Below, one piece after another: positions 1 to 11,152 of a stretch of DNA of 64,000 nucleotides. The notes beneath the pieces are model-generated. The model ran no database searches, was not told where the DNA came from, and saw only the letters and a program-made list of their open reading frames with translations. Location of the stretch: positions 8,060,001 to 8,124,000 of the forward strand of contig NC_058368.1 of NCBI RefSeq assembly GCF_018350175.1. Direction: 5' to 3'. How positions within the stretch are numbered: the first letter of the stretch is position 1; each line of letters begins with the position of its first letter. The stretch comes from Felis catus (Eukaryota). The position numbers and the translations under genes were made by a program.

Positions 1-264
1 AAGATGCTCTCAGACAGTTGTGTTTTTCTCACACACATAGAGATTTTCATTCTAGACACCGGAAGCCAAACTCTTTGGTCTTCCTTAATTCCCCGATTTT
101 GTCATTCAAGATATGTTGGGTACATGCCGGTGGAAAGAGCCACCAGTTTCAAAATCAGAATGACCTGGTTTGAATCCTGGCCTGGGCACTGCATGAGTGT
201 GTGACCCTCAGCAAACCCTCAGGGTTTCAATCTGTGAAGAGCAAAGTTAAAAGTGCACTTGTTA

Positions 265-490
265 GGGGCGCCTGGGTGGCGCAGTCGGTTAAGCGTCCGA
301 CTTCAGCCAGGTCACGATCTCGCGGTCCGTGAGTTCGAGCCCCGCGTCGGGCTCTGGGCTGATGGCTCAGAGCCTGGAGCCTGTTTCTGATTCTGTGTCT
401 CCCTCTCTCTCTGCCCCTCCCCCGTTCATGCTCTGTCTCTCTGTGTCCCAAAAATAAATAAACGTTGAAAAAAAAATTAAAAAAAAAAAA
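265..490 (+). mobile_element. SINEC_Fc (young feline CAN-SINE), inserted in a MIR remnant
   Basis: tRNA-derived head GGGGCGCCTGGGTGGCGCAGTCGGTTAAGCG, (CT)n, A tail; TSD AAAAGTGC(A/G)CTTGTT. Confidence 0.95.
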
Positions 491-1789
491 GTGCGCTTGT
501 TGGACGGTTGTGAAGAAGTTCACCAGATGTAGCGCCTGCGCCTGGGAGGGGCTTAGTCCACGCATCGTCCCCCTCGCCCTCCCCCAGGGCATGTGACATC
601 TGCCTTTGGGGTCAAACACACATCAGGGTCCTTCCCCGTGCTCCAGTCTCATTAGGAAAAAACTCCCAAGTCTTTGAGGTTTCCGGGATCTAAAAGGTGC
701 ACAGAGAAGTAGACATTTAATTCCTGGAAGCAGTCTGGCAGAGGGCAGCCCCCGGCTTTTTCAGAGGACCTGCTAGAATCACAATGCTGGTGTGGCTCAC
801 CAGTCCTTCCCCGTAATCTGAATTACGGAAAGTCGCAAACAGGAAAGCAGTTTGGAAACTCACCCCAAGTCGTGTTCTTAGCAAACAAACAAAAATCATG
901 TCCTTACTGGCTTTCGGGATCCTTTCTTGACTTGCGTGTTTTGGAGGGGCCTTGCATCCCCAAGATAAGAAAACCCACGCGATTAAAATCCCGTCTCAAC
1001 GGAGACTTGACTGGAGCCTGCCACATGCAGGAGTGGAATCTCCCGAGGCCGCTTCAGGCTCGAGTAGCGGTGGCGTCTCACATTCTTTGGAGATGGCAAA
1101 CCTCCAAGGAGAGATAGTTTTGACAGAAGGGAAAGACCAGCACATTCTCATCCACGCTCTTTCCCTTCTCCCCTTTTCATTTAGGCTGTAAGGCATGGGG
1201 GCGGGGGGAGGGGGCTGGGGAGTCAGCCACATCAGACCAGAATACTCCCAGCTTTCCTTACCACTTCTGTGCGCTTCAGAATTTAATTTATGGAAGCCTC
1301 GGGCCCCTCGTATTTAAGAGGACTGTGCCTGCCTCTCAGGACGGAGTCAAATCACAGATACGTATCCAAGCGCCCGACAATCCACAGGGGTTAGGTTCCT
1401 CCTCTCTCCCTTCCTCAAGGGGTGCAGCCTCACCCCATCCTCCAGAAGGTGTTCCACCAGAGACCCCGTGATACAAGTCAGAGAAGTTCAGAGCCGCCCC
1501 CCGCTCCGAATCTGAGGGTCGGCTGTGCTTTCTCGCTGGTATCACGGTATTCGTGAGAGGCCAGCAGCCCCAACACTGTGTGTCACCTTAACCGTGACCT
1601 GTTCCCTAATCGTACGATTGAGGACTCAGAAGCTCTTAGAAAAGCTGTCTCAACCTGGGAGACCATTCAGACGGTCAAGGCATCCTCCACTAGTATTTTC
1701 TTGGCCAAACGCCAGCCTCGACGTCTAGACGGAAGAGAAAAAGCTAACCGAGCTAACAGCAGCGTGGCAGGTTGACAACCGTGGCCGCA

Positions 1790-2230
1790 GTATTGTGCAG
1801 CTGCTCCCTCTGAGACAGGCGCCCGTCTCCTCGCCCCTCGACTCTGGGTCAGGGCCTGCTCTTGACCAACCCAATGTGGCAGAGTGGTGTCGCAGGAGTT
1901 GCAAAGTCCAGGCCTCAAAGGGCCTCGAGGCTTCCACGGACACCCTCTTGCACCCCCCTCCCCCCATGTAAAGAAGTCTGGGCTCTACTACCGAATGGCA
2001 AAAAACCACATGTGGAGGGAGGCCCGGTGATAGCCGGTGCCAAGGTCCCGGTCGAAATGCCAGGGGGCTGCAGCTGCGTGAGGGATCCAGAGAGGAGACC
2101 CCAGAAACATCAGTCAGCCAAGCCCAGCCCAAATTCCTAACCCACAGACTCATGGAGGCATAATGAATTACTGTTGAAGGCCGTGGACTTTTGGGCCAGC
2201 CCATCACACAGTAATAGATGATGGATACAA
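1790..2230 (+). mobile_element. Old MaLR LTR (MLT1-like)
   Basis: 3' end resembles MLT1 termini (…cccacagactcatg…acagtaatagatgatggataca). Confidence 0.5.
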
Positions 2231-3019
2231 CTGTTACCATGACTCAGCCCTGCAGAAGCAGTGATTCAGTAGCAGGTAAAGAACATGTTCTGTATTTGAA
2301 CTTGGTATCCAAGTGGAGCACACCTAACATGAGGCCTTGAATGCCTCATGGAGCCTCGCCCCCTAGGGTTCTTGGGGTTTCACGAGAAAGTTTCCGGCAC
2401 ATAGTTCCGTACCACAGGAGGCCAGCTCTGTTTCCAGCCACGCAGCAACTCTTCTCCCCAATGGGGACAGACCCCCAGGCACAGCACGAGAGTCAGCAGA
2501 ACCAACAAGGAGGATTCAGCCACCCAAGTGGGGGACCCTGACCCCAGCAAAGGAAGTACAGACACAGCAGCTCAGTTACAGAGGGCGGAGCATTGTGTGG
2601 GGATCCCGGAGGGTAGCAGGGCTGGCCCGAGGTACACGGGTGCCCAGGACGCCTTTCAAAAGGACTCTGTGGACGTTTACCAATATTTAGAGAGAGGAAA
2701 GGCTGAGCGCTCCGTCGGGGAGCAGAGAATGACGACTACTAGCTCTATTGTCCGCACCTGCCATTCAGTTCCGGCTCCAAACTCACATATCCCACCCGGA
2801 AACCAGACCTGCTTTCATCAGAAGGCAATTCGGCCACTTCTGTTGGTTATGTGCCCCCAAGCTTTACCCTGATATTCCTTCTGCCACACTGCTGACGCAT
2901 ACTGTTCCTAGCAGAAATTCTGAGAAATCGTTTCCTCTACCTCGCGATGACCTAGAACCTTTCACAGACTGGCACCTGGGCCTCCCAGGTGGCCAGGCCT
3001 CTCAAATCAGCCCCTAGGA

Positions 3020-3345
3020 CAGTGGCTCTCAAAGCGTGGTCTCTGGATTAGAGGCATCGGCAACACTTGGGAACTCAGTTCGAAACGCAAATTCTCGGCC
3101 CCGCCCCAGACGCACTGAATCAGAAACTCTGGGGTGGGGCCCAGCACTAAGCTTTCCAGGTGATTCGAGGGATGACAAAAATAGGAGGCTCGTAACCTCA
3201 GCCGGCCACGGGAGCTTTCAAAATTACCGATGCCTGGGTCCCACGGGAGAGAGCGTGATTGAATTGGTAAGGGGTGCGGCCAGGACAAGAGGATGTTTAA
3301 AAGACCCCCAGATGATTCTAACCTGGAGCCAACGTGGGGGACCAT
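3020..3345 (+). mobile_element. MER5A-type hAT-Charlie fragments
   Basis: cagtggctctcaaagcgtggt…gcaaattctcggccccgccccagac…tgaatcagaaactctggggtggggcccagca hallmark. Confidence 0.75.
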
Positions 3346-5650
3346 GTCCGTAGCAAGAGGCAAAGGGTTTCACAGAAACCAACTGGAGGACTAATTACTG
3401 ATCAGGATTTTGCTACAAAGGTGGCCTTGAGTTTAAATGACTCCAAAAGCCGAGGCTTTTCATTTATACAAGGTTCACTTCAGGCCCCTTTCCACAGAAG
3501 CATCCGATCATTGGGATAGCTTTGCTGGCGTGGACCGCATGGGTGGGTCTGGAGCTCCAAAGGAAACCCACTCATGCTCCAGCAGTTAAATAGAAGGCTA
3601 GAAACCAGGCAGAGAAAAAGCGCCTGTAAGCACCGTGGCAGTCTGTGAAAAGACAAAGGCGTTTGCCAAGATTTGCGATACGAAACGAGGAAAAACATGA
3701 GTGTAAAACACGCTACATTTCAAGCCAGCGAGAAGCACACGCAAAAACCTCTCGTCAGTAGCAGCACGACACAGTGAGACAGGGACACCTCCGTGACAAC
3801 AAAGATTCCGGAGAAGGACACATGCCTTCGCGGCTTGGGGTCACCAAGTGACTTTGTTCTGAAGGCAAATGCTTCGTGCAGCTTTCATTTATGACTGAAA
3901 CCTATCTATTTCATGCCATTTTTACTATTTTGCACCAAGTCCGCATTTTCTAAGAACCTGATCTTGCCCCCCATGGTTTGGCGGTTAACGACGGTCTTCT
4001 TCAAGACGACGACCTCTGTCTACTTCGATTATAGGTCCAAGCCAAGTCTAAGATCTTATAAAAAAGAGTCTCGAAGTAGGACACAGGTGTCCCAGCAGAA
4101 GAAAGGGCACAAGAACAATGCAGGAGGCAGAAGAGGCTCCCGGCTGGCCCCCCATCTAGTCCCTTAGCCACACAGGTCAAAGGTCAAGGCTGTAGACCAA
4201 GAGGAATTAGATCCTGACACCACTTTTTAATGTGCTTCTCAGTTTTTACTGTGCAAACAAAACATCAGTGGACTTTATTAAAAGACAGACTCTCTGATGC
4301 ATGAAGTTCCCAGGGGATGCTGCTGTTGCTGGACCACGGACCACACTCTGAGAAGCTCGTTTTGGATCATTGGGAGGGCATGTGCAAAGTGTGGGGCCGG
4401 AGAGGGAGGAAAGGGGGCACCACTGTGGTCCCAGCCCAGGAGATGCAGGTTTCTAAGAACATGCCTCACACCTACGTAGCACAGTGGTCCTGGCAGGAAC
4501 CGATTTACACGGAGGGTTGAAGAGAACCTATTCTATGGAAAGGGGAATTCAGGCCGACGAGCCTGATCCAGTAACAAAGGCCCCAGTGGAAACACAATTG
4601 TCAGTTCTGCGTGTGGCCAGGTCTCTCTTTGGGTTTGTATCACAGCCCGGCACCATGGACTCAGCTCGGAGTCTACGGAAGGATGACGAAGTCAAACCAT
4701 AAAACAGGAGAGCACGGTTGTTCCAGACAATTGTAGAATACACCAGTGGGTACCGCACCCACAGAGGCTAAGACAGAACTTCTGTGTGGACTGAAACGCG
4801 GCTTCGGTAGCTCAGAGCACCCAGTGAGGCACCAGGACGAAACGGGAGGGGATTACAGGAGATAGGCATCTCGGAGAGTTGACAATCAGGGCCCATTTCC
4901 TCCATCTTAGTCACACTCGATTACTATGACATCATCATTGCAGACAACATTATCTCTTGAGAACAGTCCCTCTAAGGAATCCACGGGAGCCGAGGCCGGT
5001 TAGACAGGCAGAAGTCCATTAATGTACTGGAATGAGTTCGCGTCTGGCCCTGAGAGATCTCTTCCTTGAAATGGCAGGGTGGCTACATCTTTCCTGGATT
5101 CTAATACTTACTGAGGGCCCCCATACCAGGCATTACACTAGGAGCCAAAGAAAAGGGAACAAGGGGACACGTAAGCGGAACAGTAATGATGCAGGTGAGA
5201 GCAGCTGTGTGGGTGGGGGGGCGTCTATCTAGGGGTCGCAGAGAGGAGCGTGCATCCAGGAGCAGAAGGAACCATAAATTCTGTCTGCAGCTCTAAGGAA
5301 AAGCTCAAAGAGATGGTGATTTCTGAGCTCTTGAAGGACTTCGAAGGCAGGGGAGGAGGCCATGCAGAGACAGGGAAAGGGTGTTGCAGGCAAACGGCAT
5401 GAATGCAGAGTGACGAATGCACGAGGCCCACGTTAAGAACGGTGGGTCATTTATTTGAGTGGGCAAGGCTGTGTGTAGCCGGGTCACAGGGGGTGTGGAG
5501 GGAAGTGGTGAGAGATGAGGCCAGTAAGGGAGGCTGTAGCTGTTTCAGCCACAGCAGTTCAAAAGAAGGGTTCTAACAGCTCACAAGGAAAATCGACTCG
5601 CTCACCAGATCTATCCGTGTACTAGCGAGCAGCCATGATTTTGATATTCC

Positions 5651-5850
5651 TTTTTTTTTTTTTAAATGTTCATTTTGAGAGAGAGTGAGGGTGCAAGCAG
5701 GGGAGGGGCAGAGAGAGAATGAATCCCAAGCAGGCTCCATGCTGTGAGCACAGAGCCCAAGGAGGGGCTCCATCTCGAGAACCGTGAGATCGTGACCTGA
5801 GCCAAAATCAGGAGTTGGCTGCTTAACCAACGGAGCCACCCAGACGCCCC
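5651..5850 (-). mobile_element. CAN-SINE (SINEC)
   Basis: Reverse-complement head at ~5850 and poly-T at 5651; TSD attttgatattc. Confidence 0.9.
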
Positions 5851-6083
5851 ATAATTTTGATATTCTTCACCTAAATCCCTTAAGAAGATAGGAGACAATT
5901 TCATATTCAAAAAACAGATGCCAGCGCTTAAAAAGAAACGTTAGCACTATAAAAATGTCATTCAACTAACATCTGAACATCTCTACTCCGCTTGGGGTGG
6001 AGGAAACACAGAAATGAAGAAATGTGATCTTTACTGTGAACGTCAGGATCCGTTCCTGGGTCTGCCACTAGCCAGCTGACTTT

Positions 6084-6122
6084 GGGGGTGGGGGTGGGGG
6101 TGGGGGTGGGGGTGGGGGCGGG
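6084..6122 (+). repeat. (GGGGGT)n simple repeat within a MIR remnant
   Basis: Six G5 tracts separated by single T. Confidence 0.9.
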
Positions 6123-9100
6123 AACACTGAACTGTTCTGGGTGGGTTTTCTCATCTCTGAAATGAGCAGGTTGGATCTACGAGGTTCAACACCTAGCTCT
6201 CACAATGCATGTGTCTGAGAGACCAGATCAGATCTCGCAAGGAGCTCAAAATCAAGGAAAGGAACAATCATCAGATATGGCCCTCAGGCATCCAGCTTAC
6301 CGAGACTGATGGGAAATCCCCAGGAATTCTTGACATCCCCCCACATCCGCCCCAGCAGCAATGCAGGAAATCTAGTCCACTATCTTCAGCAGACTCAATG
6401 GAACCATTTCCTTAATGAAACCCCCCTGCAGTCCCAGATGCTAAGCCGGAGGCTTTCCTTTCAATCCCTCCCTCAATTACCCCATTCCTCCCGTTTCCTT
6501 CCCCTCCCTCAATCTGGTATAAAATCCAGTAATTCCATCAGCAGCATGCAATTTCCAAGGCACCCAAGTGTGTGAGGAATCAACAGTGATCCTGGAAAGC
6601 ATTTGGCGGATCTTGTCATTCCTTACAAGCCTCACTAGTATCCTAAGACCAGTGGGATGGAATGGACTATCCCGTTCTATTAATTATTTAAAGCAATGCA
6701 ACAGATGCTTTTAATGCTTTCAACCATTGCTAATAACAAATTCCTAGTAACGTTATGTGTTGTTTCACAGGTCCTTCCTCTCCTGTCCACAATGACAAGC
6801 ACTCTGCAAGGTGATGTTTACTTGATATCCCATCAACTCCTGACCACGCAACTGGACCTAACGCCAGTGAGCTTTGCGTTTAACACCCAAGTGCGAAGAG
6901 TTTCTTTCACTTTCTCTCCACTCTTATGCCCGCTCACATACACATCTCAGTTTAAAGCACCACAGAAGGTACTTACTTCGTTATTTGTTCCTGCTTTGCA
7001 GAACTTCCTAAGCCCGGGTAAACATCAGAGACAACCAGGCAATATGTTGGATAACCTTCCTCAAGGACGTTGCTTTTTTTTTTTTTTTTTTTTTTGGTCA
7101 CTATAAAACCAATTGTTTGCAACATATTTTCAACTGCCCTATTACATGCATTCAAAGTAGATATAGAATGACTCAACAGTCTTTGGTAAGGAGAACAAAG
7201 TGATTGTTTAGTTTGTTCTAAAAAAAAAAAAAATTACACAAAATAGGTCCAAACCTACATAGAGGTTTAGTATCCCTGTTGAAATCTGAAATTTTTAGAA
7301 GAAAGTTATCTTTGAATCAAGTCAGTGAGAATGTTTTAAAAACCAAGAGATTCTTCCGAGTTTAAAATGACCGACCTCCTTAGAAGAGGTAATGTAACCA
7401 GAGTTAGGAAGTAGAGTTTGCTTCACAGAGTTACACATTCTGCTTGTAAAAAGAAAAATAAGCCCATGACTATGACTGGTTCAGACAGCCTCTAACAGCT
7501 TAGCTCGTGCAACCCATTAAAGACCAAGTTAGCCAGCTGGTAGATGAAAAAGCAAATGCAGTGTGATTACTGATAGCAGGTGAAAGCCAGCTCATCCTTA
7601 TAGCTGCGGCTCTGACATCACAGGGCTTATCATCCATTCTATATGCAAATGTAAAAGGGAGAGAGAAAAAGACACCACGTTCAGTCTATTTCTTGGAATC
7701 ATTCGCTGAGTCTTGAAGAATCCGAAAGGGGCCTTGAAATAGGCATCTGTTCTAACTTCCGACTTTCAAATATGAAAACAACCCACTTAGTGATCGCTAG
7801 AAAAGAAACTGGCTAGCCTGTCCTAGAACTTTCAACAGGGAAAGAAAAAAACCTTAAAATAAATAAATAAATAAATAAATAAGGTAAAAATATGAACGAA
7901 ACTATAGCAGGTGACCAGCTACATTTCATCTGCAACACAATCCATCAAGTGGAAAACTCCCTTTGTGGACTGCCAAAGGTGATAACTGACGTTTCAAATA
8001 TGCAATACGGAAAACACTACCAAAAAAGCGTGGTTTCCTAAACCTGTGAGAAAACAACAAAAACGGTCGTGTCAAATTAGCTTCATTAGGAAAGGCTCAT
8101 GGCATTCTATTTGGAAATGAGTATTCTACTCACGCACAATTTTAACTTTGCATTACTAACGCAGATTTCCCTCACAAGGTTCATGAAGGGATGCATTTGC
8201 AATTCGAGCAAATTGTGAATATCAGTCGCTCAAAATCTCAAGAAAAATGGGGGCAGATAAAAAAGGGTTTGTGTCCTTAATCATGGACATTGTGCCTTAA
8301 AAGTAAGAAAATGAGACTTTGAGCCACAGTAAGGGAGGTACTCTTTGTAGAGGGAAAGCCTGCAACATAGAGGACTTGAAAATATTTGAATTACTGTTAC
8401 CCTTTTCTTTCTCAGGACATTTGGAAGAAGGTAAATGTAATCTTTAGGGGGAAATGCATTATCTTTTCGTCTGACTGCGCCTCTGGTTATTTTATACCTC
8501 GGCGCACGCACACATACTCACACACATGCACAAAATATTACTAACTCACAAATACTCAAGGGCTATACGGCACCTGAAGATGAGCAGACTCCTGGTAAAC
8601 CCCAGGGGGATGGGGGGGGGGGGTGGTGGGCAGAAACTTGGCCTCTTTCTGGACACCACTCCCCAGAGAAGCAGCCCCTCTCGGGAAAATCTGAAAACTC
8701 CTGATGCAATTTACAAAGCAGGCAGCTGACTGTTTTACTGTGAGCCGTCTGTTAACCAGTCGAGAAGCTTGTGGTTTACAAAAAGCCATGCTTCGACAAT
8801 TACTCGCCCCAACCCCTGAAACAACAGTCCTTAAACCAGCAGGTAGGGAGTTCTCACATGGCTAATGTTTTGTCCCGCTTTCTTGCTATAACGCATAGAC
8901 ATTTTTTTAAATAACAAGACTTCCAAGATGTCTGCCTCGTTTAAGTAAAATAAAATGTTGTCTCAAGAGGCTCTTACCCAGGTTTCTGAAAATCTACCAA
9001 TCTAACTTGCTCCTAATCACCAACAGAACTATATACTTCACTGGTCAACCACGGTTTTGAAACAAAAGTAAAGATGTGCCATGTGTGATGCAGAAAAGTC

Positions 9101-10734
9101 AATGAAACATAAACTTCTCCCCCCATTTTTTGGATCCGCAGGGATTTACCCAGATTTACCTTTCTGTAACAGGTGAATGGACTTCAGACGTTAAGTGCTC
9201 TGAACAACTATACTTCAATATAAGTGACTTTTCAAAACAAAAAACAGTACTTGTGAAATAGAAAAGCAGTATTTCATTTAACACAGTTATGTTAGCGACT
9301 TCCCCAACTTACAGCGAGTTCTCAGACATCAGGACTTCGCCTTGACTCTCAGTCTAATACTTTCACCAACCTAATTGGAACTGTTACTGGTTATTTAGAA
9401 ACCGACGATCTAATTAGTCCTTCCCACCGAGAGAGAATATTTTTTAAGTTACTGCCTTTTGGGTTTAACAAGCATGTAAAAAAAGTTTGCTCAACCCTAC
9501 CTTTTCCTTCCCTGGAATCACTGCAATACCTTTTTTGACGTTACTGTATTTTGTTTCATATTTTACCTTTTCTCTAGGATGCTGAAAAGAAAAAGAGCCC
9601 GAAAAATGGCTCTCTGCCCCCCCGCCCACGCCGGAGGGTCTGAACCAGTGGCTCGGCCTCTCCGCCCCTCTGGGCAGCAAAGGCGAGTCCAGGCCCCTAC
9701 GTCCGCTCGGGCTTTGACGCCTTGGTGGGGGGCGACCTCCACACTCACAGCGGCATGACCTCGTGGGTCCCAACGGGTCGGCCGCGGGCATCCTTAACTC
9801 CCGGCAAAGGGGCGGACCTCGCCAATTTCTCCAACCGCACCTTTTGGTCCAAATCGTCCTCCCTCTCTTCTCTCGGGATTTAAAGGCTAGGCTCGCAATT
9901 CCGAAACGTAACGGGATTCGGGTTCTCGACGGCCCTGGTCGGTCAGGTTCACTCAGGTCGGCGACCTGGGGCTGCGCCCGCGGCGGAGGCCCCACCCGGT
10001 GGCTGCGCGCCGCGCGCTCGGGGCCCGGCGATAGCAGTGGAAGCTGGGAGGAGTGGAAGCTGGTGGAACGTTCCCGGGGCCGTTCGCGCCCGGGGACCCG
10101 ACGTGGGCCCAAGGGCACCAGCTTTTGCCGTCTCCCGGGATCTGTCCGCTCGCGGCTGGCACGCGACCCCCTCCGAGTGGGCTCTCCTCCTCCCCTCCGG
10201 AGGTGCGACGCAGTAGCCGGTGCCCAACATCGCCAACGCCCGGGCCTCAGCCCAGCCTCCGGGCAGACTCGCGGGCGTTCCGGGAGCCGCTGCTCCGGGC
10301 TCCGATGGGCCCTGCCGACCCCCCGCCGGGCCGCCTGGGAGCAGGCTGTTGGGGGGGGGGGGTCAGGCAGGTCCGAGCGCGCGGCGCTCCCCGAGCCCGG
10401 AGCCTGGGCGGGGAGACCCGACCCGGGAGCCGGGCGAAGAGGATGGGCGCCTGCAGCGGCCGCAAAGGGGCGCGGACCCCAGCGCGGTGCCAGCGGCCCC
10501 CCGCCAGCCGCTCTCCTCTCCCAGGCGCCCGTCCCGCCTGCCCGGCGGAAGGGAAGGGCGCCGCGGCCCCCAGGCGTGCCCGCCGCCACCGGCGTCCCAG
10601 GTTCCCCGGCGGGGCTCGCTCCCCCGGGCTGCAGCCTCACCTCCCCGCGGGCACCCGGCCCCGGCCCCCAGGGTGCGCCCGCCTGCCGCCCCACCCCAGC
10701 CCCGCGCGGGCCTCCGGCCGCGGCCCCGCCTCAC

Positions 10735-10798
10735 CTGTAAGCAGCAGACCGCCGAGCAGCGCGCACAGCAGGACCCCGGCGTCCCGGCAGCTGCCCAT
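10735..10798 (-). CDS. FLT1: FLT1 (VEGFR1) coding exon 1, signal peptide
   Basis: Minus strand reads GCGCTCACC-ATG-G (strong Kozak) and encodes MGSCRDAGVLLCALLGGLLLT+G, matching the human FLT1 N-terminus MVSYWDTGVLLCALLSCLLLTG. The 64-nt phase-1 exon ends ACAG|GTGAG (donor GT at 10734-10733). Confidence 0.96.
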
Positions 10799-11071
10799 GG
10801 TGAGCGCGACGCGGCCTGCTCGCCCGGTCCCCGCGCGGCTCGCGGGCCACGGACCCAGCCGCGCGGATCTGTCGTGTCGCACTCCGGTCCTCCGCCCCGA
10901 GAGCGCCTGTCCGGCTCCGGCCGGGGCGACCACCACGTCCGCGGGTAATCCTCGCAGCTCGGCGTCCCCTGGCCGCTGCGCTCCAGTCCCGGAGCCCGCT
11001 CCGAGCCGCCGCCGCCGCCGCCGCCGGGGAGTGTCCGTCCCGAGCGCTCCGAGCCTTCTGCGGACCTCGAT
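10799..11071 (-). other. FLT1: FLT1 exon 1 5' UTR; inferred TSS ~11071
   Basis: Minus strand begins ATCGAGGTCCGC ~26 nt downstream of TATAAA, as in my recall of the human mRNA 5' end. GC-rich with no upstream AUG. Confidence 0.8.
11005..11025 (-). repeat. (GGC)7 trinucleotide repeat in FLT1 5' UTR
   Basis: Seven uninterrupted GCC units on the plus strand. Confidence 0.9.
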
Positions 11072-11086
11072 TAGAAGGAGCCGAGG

Positions 11087-11095
11087 GCGGGGGCG
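11087..11095 (+). promoter_or_regulatory. EGR1/Sp1 site GCGGGGGCG
   Basis: Perfect EGR1 consensus between TATA and TSS (-16 to -24). EGR1 regulation of FLT1 via this proximal site is established in human. Confidence 0.78.
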
Positions 11096-11096
11096 A

Positions 11097-11102
11097 TTTA
11101 TA
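11097..11102 (-). promoter_or_regulatory. TATA box (TATAAA)
   Basis: Plus-strand tttata at about -26 to -31 from the inferred TSS. Confidence 0.88.
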
Positions 11103-11117
11103 AACTTTCCCCAGCCC

Positions 11118-11124
11118 ACTTCCT
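11118..11124 (-). promoter_or_regulatory. Proximal ETS site AGGAAGT
   Basis: Plus-strand acttcct at about -50, the position of the known essential ETS motif of the FLT1 promoter. Confidence 0.8.
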
Positions 11125-11144
11125 ACCCCGGCACCTCCTTCCAG

Positions 11145-11152
11145 TGACGTCA
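11145..11152. promoter_or_regulatory. CRE/ATF palindrome TGACGTCA
   Basis: Perfect CRE at -74 to -81, matching the known FLT1 CRE. Confidence 0.88.

Larger units (their letters stand above)
1..10734 (-). other. FLT1: FLT1 intron 1 (partial, continues beyond left edge)
   Basis: Starts at the GT donor after exon 1. No exon 2-like coding sequence was recognised between 1 and 10734. Confidence 0.85.

Noticed and set aside
227..619. Recurrent ORFs such as RETEHERGRGRERGRHRI and MAQSVKRPTSAQV throughout the window
   Set aside because: Translations of CAN-SINE sequence. The tRNA-like SINE heads are likewise not tRNA genes.
10781..10798. Met-Gly start as an N-myristoylation signal
   Set aside because: Position 6 is Asp rather than Ser/Thr, and the segment is a cleaved signal peptide.
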